Shown here: one piece after another, positions 47,036 to 60,086 of the stretch
Layout of the letters: each line of letters opens with the position of its first letter
Position numbering within the stretch: the first letter of the stretch is position 1
Source of the DNA: Spirochaetia bacterium
Lineage (GTDB): Bacteria > Spirochaetota > Spirochaetia > SZUA-6 > Bin103
DNA length: 64,000 bases
NCBI GenBank assembly: GCA_965198005.1
Contig: CBDAOI010000002.1
Location: forward strand, 768,001-832,000
Direction: 5' to 3'
Program-made: the position numbers and the translations under genes
The notes under the pieces: model-generated
Told to the model about the DNA's origin: nothing
Databases searched by the model: none
What the model saw: the letters and a program-made list of their open reading frames with translations, nothing else

Positions 47036-47440
47036 TGGTGCGCCAGGTACCATCCGCCCGGTGCAGGGAGGTCGGCGCAACGGTAGTGCCGCCGGCGGTG
47101 CGCGCGGCGTGGTCAATCAAGGGGAGCGGTTAGTGCTTCTCGTGCAAGTACTTGGGGGTACAGGGGGGTATAGAGGTAGGACACACCGATCCGGTCAAAC
47201 CGGTAGCGTCCTCAAGTGCCTATGGTCCTGCATCATCCACATGAGCCCGATTCCCAACAGAGGGCCACTATACTCCATGCGCAACAGACCGTCGAGCAGA
47301 CGAGCAGACAAGAACAGAGCGAACAGAGCGGCCTGGGCAGCGACCGCATCTTATCGAAGCGGACCAAACGGCCGTGGAACTCCGCCTCCGGCGCCGACAC
47401 CGTAGATGAACCTGCCGTTCGACAGCCGGTCGAGCTCTCC

Positions 47441-48931
47441 TCATCCGAGCCGAGCGAGCTGGATCTCATCCTCGTGGATCACGTAGCCGTAGTCGTCGAC
47501 CAACCACGACCGCCAGCCGTCCTGCTCCTTTTCAACATGGGCCAACCGCAGCCGTGTCCATGGGTCGGCCCAGCCGGGTGCACTCCCAACCACGACCTCA
47601 AGTGGTACGCCGCGCTGGTAGGCCTGATCCATGAGATTGTAGAGCGTTACCTCATCCCGGTGCACCCAGGGGGCGGGGAAGCGTTCGTCCACAAAACCCC
47701 AACGTAGCCGCACGCTGCCATGCAGACGCCCATATTGATAGATGGCGTAGAGCGACTTGGCGTCGGCTTCCAGCCGGCGCCGCAGCTTCGTCAACTGGCC
47801 GCCGGCGAGGTACTCTCGCATCTTCTTCGCGTCGCCGAACGGGCGACTGATGCCGCACGAGCCCTGTACCAACAGACTCGTCGTGATCGTGAGCGTCCGT
47901 CCGCGCTTATTGATCGTCTTCGTCTTCTGCGGCGGTCCCAACTCACCGAGGCGACGGTCTCCGGGCTCGAAGCGCAACGTCCGCAGCAACGTGCGCACGT
48001 CGATGGCTGCAATGCTGTCATACGCAGCGAGCTTCTCCACCGCGCTTGCGATCTCGTCCCCCATGAAGGTGTCGAGCTCCCGCTCGGCGACATCGACCAG
48101 CACCAGCGCCTCAGGTTTCTTGGCGGGAAGCGCGTGGACCAACACCCGCCGCATGCGGCCGAGTTCCTTGGCGCGGGCCTCGCGCTCGCGTTCGAACTGT
48201 CTTCGAGTGGCGGCAACCACGGCCGGATCGGGTTGCGCGTATGCCCAACGCCTGCGGGTCTCGATCCTGTCGATTACAGCCTGCCGTGCCGCGCGAAGCG
48301 CATCGTGGTCGGGGTCGAGTTCCCAACGACCGTCCTCTCGTGCTCGAATCGCAGATGCACGCCGCCAGTAGTTGGCCGACTTGGCCGAGACAGGATACCG
48401 CTGGCTGCGAGCCGACACGAACGAAATCACGTCCTCCGGATCCAGGGCCCTGCCGTGCGCATCCAGGACGCAGAGAACCACACGCTGTGCCGACCAGCTA
48501 CTTGGGACGCCGTCTCGCCATGCCTCGTCGAGATACGCCACCGTCAGCGGAGCATGAACGGTGGGAAGTGGTGCTGGCGCGGGGCGATCCACGGGTAGCG
48601 ACGCTGCCTTCACCGGTCGCAAGCCAAAGCGAAAGGCCCACAGATCGGCGTCGGCGTCGTGGGGATCGAGCGCGTAGCGATCGCCATCGCGGTAGATCGG
48701 AGATCGCCCCGGCTTGCACCGCTTCAGCGAAGTCAGAGCATTCGCGGCAGGCGCCACCCCAGCCGCCTCGAGGCGCTCCGCGGCTTCCTGCAGGGTGACG
48801 GGTTCGCCTCGCTCCAGGAGGACCACGATCAGGAGGCTGTAGTAGTTGGCGTCCCGGTGGTCCTTGGCCACCTCAAGCTTCGGAATCCTGATCCCGAGCG
48901 CGTCGCAGTATGGATTTGAGCTGGACCTCAT
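47441..48931 (-). CDS. Hypothetical 496-aa protein (two wHTH-like segments, RNase_H_2-like region, WYL/SH3-like tail; inferred)
   Basis: Long ORF with natural composition. Domain calls are by-eye motif resemblance only. Confidence 0.75.
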   Translation of the reverse strand: MRSSSNPYCDALGIRIPKLEVAKDHRDANYYSLLIVVLLERGEPVTLQEAAERLEAAGVAPAANALTSLKRCKPGRSPIYRDGDRYALDPHDADADLWAFRFGLRPVKAASLPVDRPAPAPLPTVHAPLTVAYLDEAWRDGVPSSWSAQRVVLCVLDAHGRALDPEDVISFVSARSQRYPVSAKSANYWRRASAIRAREDGRWELDPDHDALRAARQAVIDRIETRRRWAYAQPDPAVVAATRRQFEREREARAKELGRMRRVLVHALPAKKPEALVLVDVAERELDTFMGDEIASAVEKLAAYDSIAAIDVRTLLRTLRFEPGDRRLGELGPPQKTKTINKRGRTLTITTSLLVQGSCGISRPFGDAKKMREYLAGGQLTKLRRRLEADAKSLYAIYQYGRLHGSVRLRWGFVDERFPAPWVHRDEVTLYNLMDQAYQRGVPLEVVVGSAPGWADPWTRLRLAHVEKEQDGWRSWLVDDYGYVIHEDEIQLARLG

Positions 48932-49232
48932 CGTAGCATCTCACCGTCGTCCCAACGTGGCCATCCAGGCGTGAACCGGCAACAGTGCCCCGGCTCGGCA
49001 CTCGAAACGATCCCGATCCCGCAGGTCGTGCTGGTCGTTTACGTTGTACCACTTGGCGGGTGTTGATCAACCCGATCTTCTTGCAGGTGCGGTGGCGCCC
49101 GTCTGCAGCGATCGTCCGATTGCTTGCCCTATCACTGGCGCCGTGGTATGGGTGACGGCAGGCATGGCATTCGTGGAGACACCACACGCTTCCGGGGCGG
49201 GCTTGTCCGAATCCTTGCTCGATAACTCCGCA

Positions 49233-50843
49233 GTGCCGCCGCTCCCGACGTCGATCGAACCCGGCGCGCCCGAGTTCATCGCCAACCGTGACCGGATGCA
49301 GGCGCTGGTCGAAGAGTTGCGCGAACGCCAGGCGCAGGTGCGGGAGGGTGGAGGAGCAGCGTCCGTCGAGCGGCACCGCGCGCGCGGGAAGCTGCTGGCG
49401 CGTGAGCGAGTCGAGCACCTGCTCGACCCGGGTGCGCCATTCCTGGAGCTGAGCGCGCTGGCTGGCGGCGAGATGTACGAGGGCGATGCGCCCGGCGCCG
49501 GCATCGTGACCGGGATCGGCCGCGTCTGCGGGCGCGAAGTGGTGATCGTGGCCAACGACGCGACCGTCAAGGGCGGGACGTACTACCCGGCCACGGTGAA
49601 GAAGCACCTGCGAGCGCAGGAGATCGCCGGGCAGAACCGCTTGGCGTGCATCTACCTGGTGGACTCCGGCGGCGCGTTTCTGCCGCTGCAGGACGAGGTC
49701 TTCCCGGACCGCGACCACTTCGGGCGGATCTTCTTCAACCAGGCGCGCCTGTCGGCTGCCGGCATCCCGCAGATCGCGGTGGTGATGGGCTCATGCACCG
49801 CCGGCGGCGCCTACGTGCCGGCGATGAGCGACGAGACGATCATCGTGGAGGGGACGGGCACCATCTTCCTGGGCGGTCCGCCACTGGTGAAGGCCGCCAC
49901 CGGCGAGGAGATTTCGGCCGAGGAGCTGGGCGGCGCGCGGGTGCACACGCAGATCTCCGGCGTCGCCGACCATGCCGCCGCGAGCGACGAGGACGCGCTG
50001 GCGTTGACGCGCAGCATCGTGGCGAACCTCGGCCGGCGCGAGAAAGAGCTGCCCTGGCCCCTGACACCGCCTGAGCCGCCGATTCATGACCCGGCGGAGC
50101 TGTACGGGATCGTGCCGGCCTCGACGCGCAAGTCGTTCGACGTACGCGAGATCATCGCCCGCGTGGTCGATGGCAGCCGCTTCCACGAGTTCAAGCCCGC
50201 ATACGGCGCGACGCTGGTGTGCGGATGCGCGCGCATCCTCGGCTACCCGGTCGGCATCGTGGGCAACAACGGCATCCTGTTCTCGGAGAGCGCCCTGAAG
50301 GGCGCGCATTTCATCGAGCTGTGCGCGCAACGGAAGATTCCGCTGGTGTTCCTGCAGAACATCACCGGATTCATGGTCGGCAAGCGGTACGAGCACGAGG
50401 GCATCGCCAAGCACGGCGCCAAGATGGTGACGGCGGTGGCGACTGCCGGGGTGCCGAAATTCAGCGTCATCATCGGTGGCTCGTTCGGCGCCGGCAACTA
50501 CGCGATGTGCGGGCGGGCGTACGAGCCGCGGCTGCTGTGGATGTGGCCGAACGCCCGCATCTCGGTGATGGGCGGCGATCAAGCGGCGCACGTGCTGCTG
50601 ACGCTGCGGCTGGACAATCTGCGCGCGCAGGGGAAGGAGATGACGCTCGAGGAGCAGCAGGCGTTCATGGCGCCGACGCTCGCAAAGTACGAGCGCGAGG
50701 GCAGTGTCTACTACAGCACGGCACGACTCTGGGATGACGGTGTGATCGATCCGGCGGATACCCGCACGCTGCTGGGGCTGGGGCTGAGCGCCGCCCTCAA
50801 CGCTCCGATCCCGGAGACCTCGTTCGGCGTCTTCCGGATGTAG
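49233..50843 (+). CDS. mccB: 3-methylcrotonyl-CoA carboxylase-like carboxyltransferase (beta) subunit
   Basis: [67 protein letters not shown]. Alternative start ATG 49164. Confidence 0.92.
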   Translation: MPPLPTSIEPGAPEFIANRDRMQALVEELRERQAQVREGGGAASVERHRARGKLLARERVEHLLDPGAPFLELSALAGGEMYEGDAPGAGIVTGIGRVCGREVVIVANDATVKGGTYYPATVKKHLRAQEIAGQNRLACIYLVDSGGAFLPLQDEVFPDRDHFGRIFFNQARLSAAGIPQIAVVMGSCTAGGAYVPAMSDETIIVEGTGTIFLGGPPLVKAATGEEISAEELGGARVHTQISGVADHAAASDEDALALTRSIVANLGRREKELPWPLTPPEPPIHDPAELYGIVPASTRKSFDVREIIARVVDGSRFHEFKPAYGATLVCGCARILGYPVGIVGNNGILFSESALKGAHFIELCAQRKIPLVFLQNITGFMVGKRYEHEGIAKHGAKMVTAVATAGVPKFSVIIGGSFGAGNYAMCGRAYEPRLLWMWPNARISVMGGDQAAHVLLTLRLDNLRAQGKEMTLEEQQAFMAPTLAKYEREGSVYYSTARLWDDGVIDPADTRTLLGLGLSAALNAPIPETSFGVFRM

Positions 50844-50861
50844 CGGGAGCCCTCGGCGCCG

Positions 50862-52868
<2,007 letters not shown>

Positions 52869-52916
52869 CGTGGGTGGTTGTGATCCACAGCACCGGTCTG
52901 CCTGTGTCGTGATCTC

Positions 52917-55280
52917 GTGAGACCAACACTTCCGCTTCGATACATGAACGTCGTCGACCTCGCCTATGGTGCGGCGGCGTCCATCGGCCGAGACCTCGCG
53001 TCACTGGGTGCGCAGGTGGTGCGCATTGAACCACGTGGCGGCCACCATGACCGGTTGGCTGCGCCGGTTGTTGATGGACTGAGCGTAGACTTCGCGATCC
53101 GCAACCTGGGCAAGACCAACGTCGAGCTTGATCTTGGTGATCCGGCGGATCGGGCAGCATTCCGGGCGTTGCTGGCCGATGCCGACGTTGTCATCGAATC
53201 CACGCGCCCCGGATCTGCCGAGGCCGTTCAATTGGACGCTTCCGACATCGCCGCGCAGCACCCGACGCTCGTCATCCTATCGATAAGCGACTTCGGGCAG
53301 GCCGGCGCGTACGCCCGGTGGCAGGCGACGTCGCCGGTCCTCGACGCCCTGAGCGGCGGGCTGGCACGCTCGGGAATTCCCGGGCGCCCACCGCTCCTGC
53401 CACCCGGCAACCTTGCGATTGAATGCGCACTGGTTCAGGCGGCCTACGTCGCTCTGCTGGGCTACGTCAACCGTCTGAAGACCGGCCACGGTGACCACGT
53501 TGATTTCTCGCTGATGAAGGGGGCGAGCCAGACGCTCGATCCGGCATTCGGCATATACGGCAGCGCGACCGCCGGAATTCCGCTGAGCGAAACGCCACGC
53601 GGGCGTCCGGAGGTCTGGTTCATGTATCCCATCGTGCCGTGCGCGGATGGTGCCGTGCGCATCTGCGTACTCGCGCCGCGCCAGTGGCAGGGCATGTTCG
53701 ACTGGATGGGGAGCCCTCCCGAGTTTGCCGACCCCTCTTTCAATGATCTGGTTACGCGGTTCAACAGTCCGGATCTGATCCCGGCCATCGGACGGTTCTT
53801 TGCCGACCGGACGCGCGCCGACCTCGAGCGGGAGGGCCAACGCGCCGGTGTGCCGATTGCTGCCGTGCTCGATGTCGACGAGGTGTTGCGCAGCGACCAG
53901 ATGATCGCACGCCGAGCCTTCGTGCCAGTCGAACTGGCCTCCGGACACTCTGTGCCGGTGCCGAATGGCAGCATTGAGATTGACGGTGTCCGGGCCGGAC
54001 ACCGTCCCGCAGATTCGGCTCCTCCGCCTGCTCCGCCTGCAACGCCTGTTGCGGGCAAACCGGAAATGCCGAGCTGGCCGTTTGCGGGCGCGCGGCCGCT
54101 CTCGGGGCTCCGTGTGCTCGATCTCGGCGTGATCGTGGTCGGCGCCGAACAGTCGCGCCTGCTTGCCGATCAAGGGGCCGAGGTCATCAAGATCGAGAAC
54201 AGTGCCTTCCTGGACGGCACCAGACGGAGCCGTGACGGCAGTCCCGTGTCGCTGCCGTTCGCCGCCGGCCACCGCAACAAACGCAGTCTGGGCCTCAATT
54301 TGCGTGACGAGAGAGGCAAGCGGCTGTTCTTGAAGCTGGTCGCGCAGAGCGACGTGGTCATGACCAATTTCAAGCCCGGCACGATGGACTCGCTCGGGCT
54401 CGGCTACGAGGTACTGAAAGCGGCCAATCCCGGCATTATCGTTACCGACAGCTCAGCCTTCGGACCGGGCGGGCCGTGGTCGAAGCGTCTTGGCTATGGG
54501 CCGCTGGTGCGGGCATCCGCAGGCCTGACCGAGCAGTGGCGGTATCCGGGTGAAGCGGACGGATTCGGCGATGCGTCGACCATCTACCCTGATCATGTTG
54601 CCGGTCGGGTGGCCGCCATCGGGGTACTCGCCCTGTTGATCCGCAGGCTGCGCACGGGTCGCGGCGGCACAGTCAGCGTCTCGCAGGCCGAGATCATCCT
54701 CAGCCACCAGGCCACCGAGATCGCGGCTCGTGCGCTGGCTGAACACGTCGCCCACGACGCGCCGTGGGGGGTGTTCCCGGCAATGGGCGATGATGAATGG
54801 TGTGTGGTGACGGTGCGTTCCGACGAGGAGTGGCGCGCACTCTGCTCGACCATGGGGCGGCCCGAGCGCGCTGCCGAGACCGAGCTTGCCACCCGTGCCG
54901 GGAGAGACCAGGCGCGGGCGCGCATCGACGCCCGGTTGATCGATTGGCTGGCCACCCGCACCCCGCATGAGGCGATGGAGACGTTGCAGGCGGCCGGCGT
55001 CCCCGCGGCCGCCATGCTCCGCGTGCAGGACCTCCCCGATTTCCCCCTGTTCCAGGAGCAGGGATTCCATGCCGCCGCCCGCCACCCGCGGTACCGCGAG
55101 CCGCTGTTGATGGAAACCGGGCCTGCCCGCTTTTCCCACGTCGCCGAGCCGGCGCTGGAACCGGCTCCGTCGCTGGGTGAGCACACGCGGGATATCGCGC
55201 GCACGTTGCTGGATCTGTCGGAGACAGAGATCGAAAAGCTGATAGAATCGGGGGTGCTTGAAGAGGGAGGCAGACGATGA
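52917..55280 (+). CDS. Two-domain family III (CaiB/BaiF) CoA-transferase
   Basis: Two CaiB repeats (LASLGA.VVRIEP; PLSGLRVLDL...LADQGAEVIKIE, RNKRS, NFKPG), C-terminal AP.LGEHT. Confidence 0.92.
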   Translation: MRPTLPLRYMNVVDLAYGAAASIGRDLASLGAQVVRIEPRGGHHDRLAAPVVDGLSVDFAIRNLGKTNVELDLGDPADRAAFRALLADADVVIESTRPGSAEAVQLDASDIAAQHPTLVILSISDFGQAGAYARWQATSPVLDALSGGLARSGIPGRPPLLPPGNLAIECALVQAAYVALLGYVNRLKTGHGDHVDFSLMKGASQTLDPAFGIYGSATAGIPLSETPRGRPEVWFMYPIVPCADGAVRICVLAPRQWQGMFDWMGSPPEFADPSFNDLVTRFNSPDLIPAIGRFFADRTRADLEREGQRAGVPIAAVLDVDEVLRSDQMIARRAFVPVELASGHSVPVPNGSIEIDGVRAGHRPADSAPPPAPPATPVAGKPEMPSWPFAGARPLSGLRVLDLGVIVVGAEQSRLLADQGAEVIKIENSAFLDGTRRSRDGSPVSLPFAAGHRNKRSLGLNLRDERGKRLFLKLVAQSDVVMTNFKPGTMDSLGLGYEVLKAANPGIIVTDSSAFGPGGPWSKRLGYGPLVRASAGLTEQWRYPGEADGFGDASTIYPDHVAGRVAAIGVLALLIRRLRTGRGGTVSVSQAEIILSHQATEIAARALAEHVAHDAPWGVFPAMGDDEWCVVTVRSDEEWRALCSTMGRPERAAETELATRAGRDQARARIDARLIDWLATRTPHEAMETLQAAGVPAAAMLRVQDLPDFPLFQEQGFHAAARHPRYREPLLMETGPARFSHVAEPALEPAPSLGEHTRDIARTLLDLSETEIEKLIESGVLEEGGRR

Positions 55281-56374
55281 CAACCGCGACCTGGCCGATC
55301 ACGACCCTGGACGAGTTCGAGCAGGAGTTCCGCAAAGGTGTGGGCGAGTGGCTTTCCCCCAACCCGCCGCGAGAGGCCAGTCTCGACAACCTCCGCCGCT
55401 TCGGTGACGGCGTGGGCGACTACAACCCGCTGTGGCGCGACCAGGACCACGCCGCGGCAAGTCGCTTCGGGGCGATCACCGCGCCGCCGATCTTCATCTA
55501 CGGCGTGGCGCTGGGTATCCGTGCGTCGATCTACGGCGCCATCGATCCTGCCCGGCTCAGCTCCAAGCACTTCCCGATGAACTACGCCGGCGGCACCATC
55601 GACTTCGTTCGGCCGATCTGGCGCGGCGACACCATCACCGCACGGGAGCAGGTGCTCGACGTGGTGCGCAAGACCAGCGCGCGCATCGGCCCGTTCTGCA
55701 TCTGCTCGCAATTCTCGACCTACACCAACCAGCGCCAGGAGCTGGTGGCCACCAAGACCACGTTGATGGCCCGCTATCACAACCTCGGTGATGGCCGGAC
55801 CATGGAGTACGACCGGGAGGCGCGGGAGCAGGCCCGCCAAGTCCCGCCCGACCCACTGGTGTGGGAGCGCGCGCGCCGCGGTGCCGCGACCCGCTACTGG
55901 GAAGACGTGGTCGAGGGCGAATCGATACCCGACTTGCACAAGGGGACCTACACGGTCACCGAGCTGTTCCTGTTCACCCACTGCGTATACGGCACCACGC
56001 GTGCCTCACGCTCGGCGCTCGAGGGGGAGGAGTCGACCGACCTCGGTGGCGGCGGCCGCTACGACGAGGAGCACGCCAGGAAGCGGCGCAACATGCCGGG
56101 CCAGTTCGATTGGGGCCCGCAGCGGGTGTGCTGGATGAGCCAGATCGCCACCGATTGGATGAGCGACGACGGCACCCTCAGGAGGATGGACAGCAGGGTG
56201 CGCCACCCCAACGTCGTGGGCGACACCAACACGGTGCGCGGCGAGGTCGCGCGGAAGTACCAGCAGGACGGCGAGCACCTGGTCGACCTCGACGTTCGGG
56301 TCGAGAACCAGACCGGTCTGGCGACCGCGTTCAGCCGCGTCACCGTGGCCCTGCCCACGCGCGCGCCTGCCTGA
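55277..56374 (+). CDS. Double hot-dog (MaoC/FAS1-like) dehydratase
   Basis: RRFGDG.GD.NPLW.D..A..SRFG...APP, RPI..GD.I, RYWEDV..G, NVVGDT. ATGA-coupled to the CoA-transferase. Confidence 0.85.
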   Translation: MTTATWPITTLDEFEQEFRKGVGEWLSPNPPREASLDNLRRFGDGVGDYNPLWRDQDHAAASRFGAITAPPIFIYGVALGIRASIYGAIDPARLSSKHFPMNYAGGTIDFVRPIWRGDTITAREQVLDVVRKTSARIGPFCICSQFSTYTNQRQELVATKTTLMARYHNLGDGRTMEYDREAREQARQVPPDPLVWERARRGAATRYWEDVVEGESIPDLHKGTYTVTELFLFTHCVYGTTRASRSALEGEESTDLGGGGRYDEEHARKRRNMPGQFDWGPQRVCWMSQIATDWMSDDGTLRRMDSRVRHPNVVGDTNTVRGEVARKYQQDGEHLVDLDVRVENQTGLATAFSRVTVALPTRAPA

Positions 56375-56602
56375 CCAAGCTCGGATGCGCGCCTTTGGGG
56401 ATGAGGCACAGGTGGTGGTCCAAGGGCCGTTGCGCCGCGGGTGTACACGCCATGCTCAGGCCCCCTGGCGTGGCAGGGCGTCACACAGGATGGCGTTCAG
56501 TTCGTCTTGTGAAGTGGACGGAGACGGGGCTGGATCAGCCATTGCCGACCATGGTTCCACGTCGCCGGCAATTGGTCAAGGTTCCGGTTGCGGTGCTGCG
56601 CC

Positions 56603-57313
56603 TCACGCCAAGCCGTAGACCGGGATGCCGGCGCCGTGGATCGCGGCGGCGGCGTCGGAGGCGAGGAACACGATGACGTTGGCCAGGTCTGCCGGAGCCA
56701 CCCACCTGGCGGGATCCGACTTCGGCATCGCGGCGCGGTTCGCGGGTGTGTCGATGATGCTCGGCAGCACGGCGTTCACGTTTACCCCGGCGTCCTTCAA
56801 CTCCGCCGACAGCGACTGGGTGAGCGCCAGGACCGCCGCCTTGGTCGCCCCGTAGACGCCGTTGCCGGCCTCGCCACGCAGCGCCGCACGCGCCGACACG
56901 TTGACGATGGCGCCTCCGCCGGCGGCGGCCAGCGCCGGCGCGGCCGCGCGGCACACGGCAAAGGTGGTGCGCAGATTCAGGTCCAGCAGGTGCTCCAGGG
57001 CGGCGTCATCCGCGTCCGCCACCAGCGTCCAGGTGTAGCCGCCGGCCAGATTGACCACCGCGCGCAGGGAGCCGGGCGCAACCCGCTCGAACAGCGCGGC
57101 CACCTCGGCGGCGCGGCGCAGGTCGCAGCGCCGCAGCTCCACCCGCGCGCCGTGCTCGCCGAACCGCTCCCGGAACGGCGTCACCTCGGCCTCGACCACG
57201 TAGGTCGCGAGCACCCGCGCTCCCGCATCCAGGAAGCCCTGCACCACCACACTGCCGAGCGCGCCGGTCGCGCCGCTGACGATGACCGTTCCGCCGCCGA
57301 AGTCGACGTGCAT
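56603..57313 (-). CDS. Short-chain dehydrogenase/reductase
   Basis: SGATGALG, VNLAGG, IVNVSA, YGATK, VNAVLPSIIDTP. Confidence 0.92.
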   Translation of the reverse strand: MHVDFGGGTVIVSGATGALGSVVVQGFLDAGARVLATYVVEAEVTPFRERFGEHGARVELRRCDLRRAAEVAALFERVAPGSLRAVVNLAGGYTWTLVADADDAALEHLLDLNLRTTFAVCRAAAPALAAAGGGAIVNVSARAALRGEAGNGVYGATKAAVLALTQSLSAELKDAGVNVNAVLPSIIDTPANRAAMPKSDPARWVAPADLANVIVFLASDAAAAIHGAGIPVYGLA

Positions 57314-57489
57314 GATCCTCATCGTAGGCCGCGCACGCCGGGTGTCAAGGACCAATCCCGAGCTGGTAGTACACACCTGTTCTTTCAGCGTTCGACCTAA
57401 AGACGCCTGCGCGCACCATCCTCGTTTCGGTGCTGGGGCTCGTCACCGCAACGTGAGCGATGCTATAGTTGCCCGTGGGGAGGAGGCCC

Positions 57490-57915
57490 ATGAGCAACTC
57501 AAGACTGAGGTTCCATCACATCCACCTGATCAGCGAACATCCGCAGGCCGCGGCCCGCTGGTACGAGAACATCCTCGGCGGCGAGATCGTCGGGGAGTCG
57601 GACGTGCGCGGCGCGCCGCAGATCATCGTCCGGCTGGGCGGCATGCGGCTGCTGATCCGCGGCCGGCGGCCCGGCGAGGAGCCGACCGCCACCAACGGCA
57701 TGCGCGCGTACGACGGCTTTTCGAGTCACAACGAGTGGGGCACCGACCACTTCGGCTACGACTACCACGGCGATCTGCAGGCGTTCTGCGACGAGCTCCG
57801 CGCCAAGGGCGCCGCCTTCGCGGCCGAGCCGTGGGAGTTCGCCCCGGGGCACCTGATCTGCTTCGTGCAGGCGCCGGATCGGGTCACCATCGAGCTGATG
57901 GCCGCGGGCGACTGA
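57490..57915 (+). CDS. VOC/glyoxalase family protein
   Basis: AGGAGG SD; FHHIHL, GTDHFG, FV.APD.V.IEL. Confidence 0.88.
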   Translation: MSNSRLRFHHIHLISEHPQAAARWYENILGGEIVGESDVRGAPQIIVRLGGMRLLIRGRRPGEEPTATNGMRAYDGFSSHNEWGTDHFGYDYHGDLQAFCDELRAKGAAFAAEPWEFAPGHLICFVQAPDRVTIELMAAGD

Positions 57916-58001
57916 ACGCCGCTTCTCAGGCGCAGCCGGCGGCGTCGGAGTCCCGGCGCCTTCCGGTGCCGTGGCCGGTAGTTCCCCGCTATACTCGCGG
58001 C

Positions 58002-59897
58002 ATGCGTCAATCCCGCGCCCCCGCTACCGGGTTGCTCACCGTCGGGCAGGCGCTCGTCAAGTTCCTGAGCCGGCAGTACAGCGAGCGGGACGGGCATCGC
58101 CGCCGGCTGATCCCGGCGATCTTCGGCATCTTCGGCCACGGCAACGTCAGCGGCCTGGGGCAGGCGCTGGAGTCGGCGGGGGCCGACCTTCCCCACTACC
58201 AGAGCCGCAACGAGCAGTCGATGGTGCATACCGCCTCGGGCTATGCCAAGGCCGCGTTGCGCACCGCGACCCTGGCCTGCACCAGCTCGATCGGGCCGGG
58301 CGCGACCAACATGGTGACCGGCGCCGCCACCGCCACCATCAACCGCCTGCCGGTGCTGCTGCTGCCGTCCGACTACTACGCCACCCGCCACCAGGGCAAC
58401 GTGCTGCAGCAGATCGAGCACCCGCTGTCGGCCGACGTCAGCGTCAACGACTGCTTCCGGCCGGTGAGCCGCTTCTTCGACCGCATCTCGCGCCCCGAAC
58501 AGCTCCTCACCGCGCTGCCGGAGGCGATGCGCGTGCTCACCGACCCGGCCGAGACCGGCGCCGTCACCATCTCGCTCCCGCAGGACGTGCAGGCGCACGC
58601 CTACCGCTACCCCGCGCACTTCTTCGCCGAGCGCACCTGGCGGATCGAGCGCCGGCCGCCGGCGGCGGCGCGCGTCGCCGAGGCGCTGGCCCTGCTGGAG
58701 CGGTCCCTGCAGCCGCTGATCGTGGCCGGCGGCGGCGTACACTACTCGGCGGCCTGGGATGCCCTGGCCGAGCTGGCCGCGTTCGGCATCCCGGTGGCGG
58801 AGACCTACGGCGGCAAGGGGGCGTTGCGCTCCGCCCGCGAGTGGTCGCTCGGCGGTCACGGCGTGGATGGCACCACCGCGGCCGCCCACTACGCCGGACA
58901 GGCGGACCTGGTGATCGCCGTCGGCACCCGGCTCGGCGACTTCGCCACCGGCTCCAACAGCCTGTTCCGCCACCCCGACGTGCGGTTCGTCAGCATCAAC
59001 GTCAGCGCGCACGACGCCCACAAGAACGGTTCGCTGCCGGTCGTGGCCGACGCGCGCGCGGCGTTGCGCGCGCTGGCCGAGGGATGCCGGGCGCGCGCCA
59101 TCGACTTCACCGCCCGCCGCAGCCGGATCGCGGAGCTGATGGCGGAGTGGCAGGAGGTCAAGACCAGGGACGCGTACGCGCCCCGCGCCGGCGAGGCGAT
59201 GGGCGAGGGCGAGGTGATCCGGGTGCTCAACCAGGAGGCGCGGCCCGGCGATTCGGTGGTGGCCGCGGCCGGCGCGCCGGTGGGCAACCTGCTCAAGCTG
59301 TGGGACCTGGAGTGCGGCGCCGGCTGCTACCTGGAGTTCGGGTTCTCGTGCATGGGCTGGGAGCTGCCGGCGGCGCTCGGGGTGCGCATGCAGCAGCCGG
59401 AGGGCGAGGTATACGTCTACCTCGGCGACGGCGGCTACCTGCTCAACCCGATGGAGTTGATGACCGCGCAGCAGGAGGGGCTCAAGATCACGGTGGTGGT
59501 GGTGGACAACCACGGCTTCCAGGTGATCCGCCGGCTGCAGATGGCGCGCGCCGGCCACTCTTTCGGCACCGAGTTCCGCAGCCGCGCGGACACCGGCGAC
59601 GGCCGCCGTCCGGACGGCGAGTACGTGGCGGTGGACATGCCCGCGATCGCGGCGGCGATGGGCGCGCGCGGCTTTCACGCCAGCACGCCCGACGAGGTGC
59701 GCGCGGCATTACGCGCGGCGCGCGCCGAGCCCCGGAGCTGCGTGATCGTGGCCGAGATCGAGAAGCACCGCTACGTGCCGGGCGCCGACGTCTGGTGGGA
59801 CATCGCCCCCGCCGAGGTCAGCCGCAGCGAGGTGACCCAGACCCTGCGCGCCGAGTACGAGCGCGACCGCGCCGCCCGCCAGCGGTTCCACTACTGA
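58002..59897 (+). CDS. iolD: 3D-(3,5/4)-trihydroxycyclohexane-1,2-dione acylhydrolase (ThDP-dependent)
   Basis: LTVGQALVKFL..QY, GIFGHGNV.GLGQAL, NEQ.M.H.A, SVND.FRPVSRFFDRI.RPEQ, LEFGFSCMG, GDGGY, WWD. Confidence 0.93.
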   Translation: MRQSRAPATGLLTVGQALVKFLSRQYSERDGHRRRLIPAIFGIFGHGNVSGLGQALESAGADLPHYQSRNEQSMVHTASGYAKAALRTATLACTSSIGPGATNMVTGAATATINRLPVLLLPSDYYATRHQGNVLQQIEHPLSADVSVNDCFRPVSRFFDRISRPEQLLTALPEAMRVLTDPAETGAVTISLPQDVQAHAYRYPAHFFAERTWRIERRPPAAARVAEALALLERSLQPLIVAGGGVHYSAAWDALAELAAFGIPVAETYGGKGALRSAREWSLGGHGVDGTTAAAHYAGQADLVIAVGTRLGDFATGSNSLFRHPDVRFVSINVSAHDAHKNGSLPVVADARAALRALAEGCRARAIDFTARRSRIAELMAEWQEVKTRDAYAPRAGEAMGEGEVIRVLNQEARPGDSVVAAAGAPVGNLLKLWDLECGAGCYLEFGFSCMGWELPAALGVRMQQPEGEVYVYLGDGGYLLNPMELMTAQQEGLKITVVVVDNHGFQVIRRLQMARAGHSFGTEFRSRADTGDGRRPDGEYVAVDMPAIAAAMGARGFHASTPDEVRAALRAARAEPRSCVIVAEIEKHRYVPGADVWWDIAPAEVSRSEVTQTLRAEYERDRAARQRFHY

Positions 59898-60086
59898 AGC
59901 ACCCGCAAGGCGGCCGTGGCAACCTTGTCAGCAAGCGCGCAAGAAACTACCGTGAGGACCGTGAGGCACATCGCATATTCGAGGACCTGTACGCCCGTGC
60001 TATCGACGACCCCACGAGCACGCATATCTGGTTTCGGGAACGATACGATGAATGGCACGGCAGGCTCGGGAAAATGAAGAGGCGGG

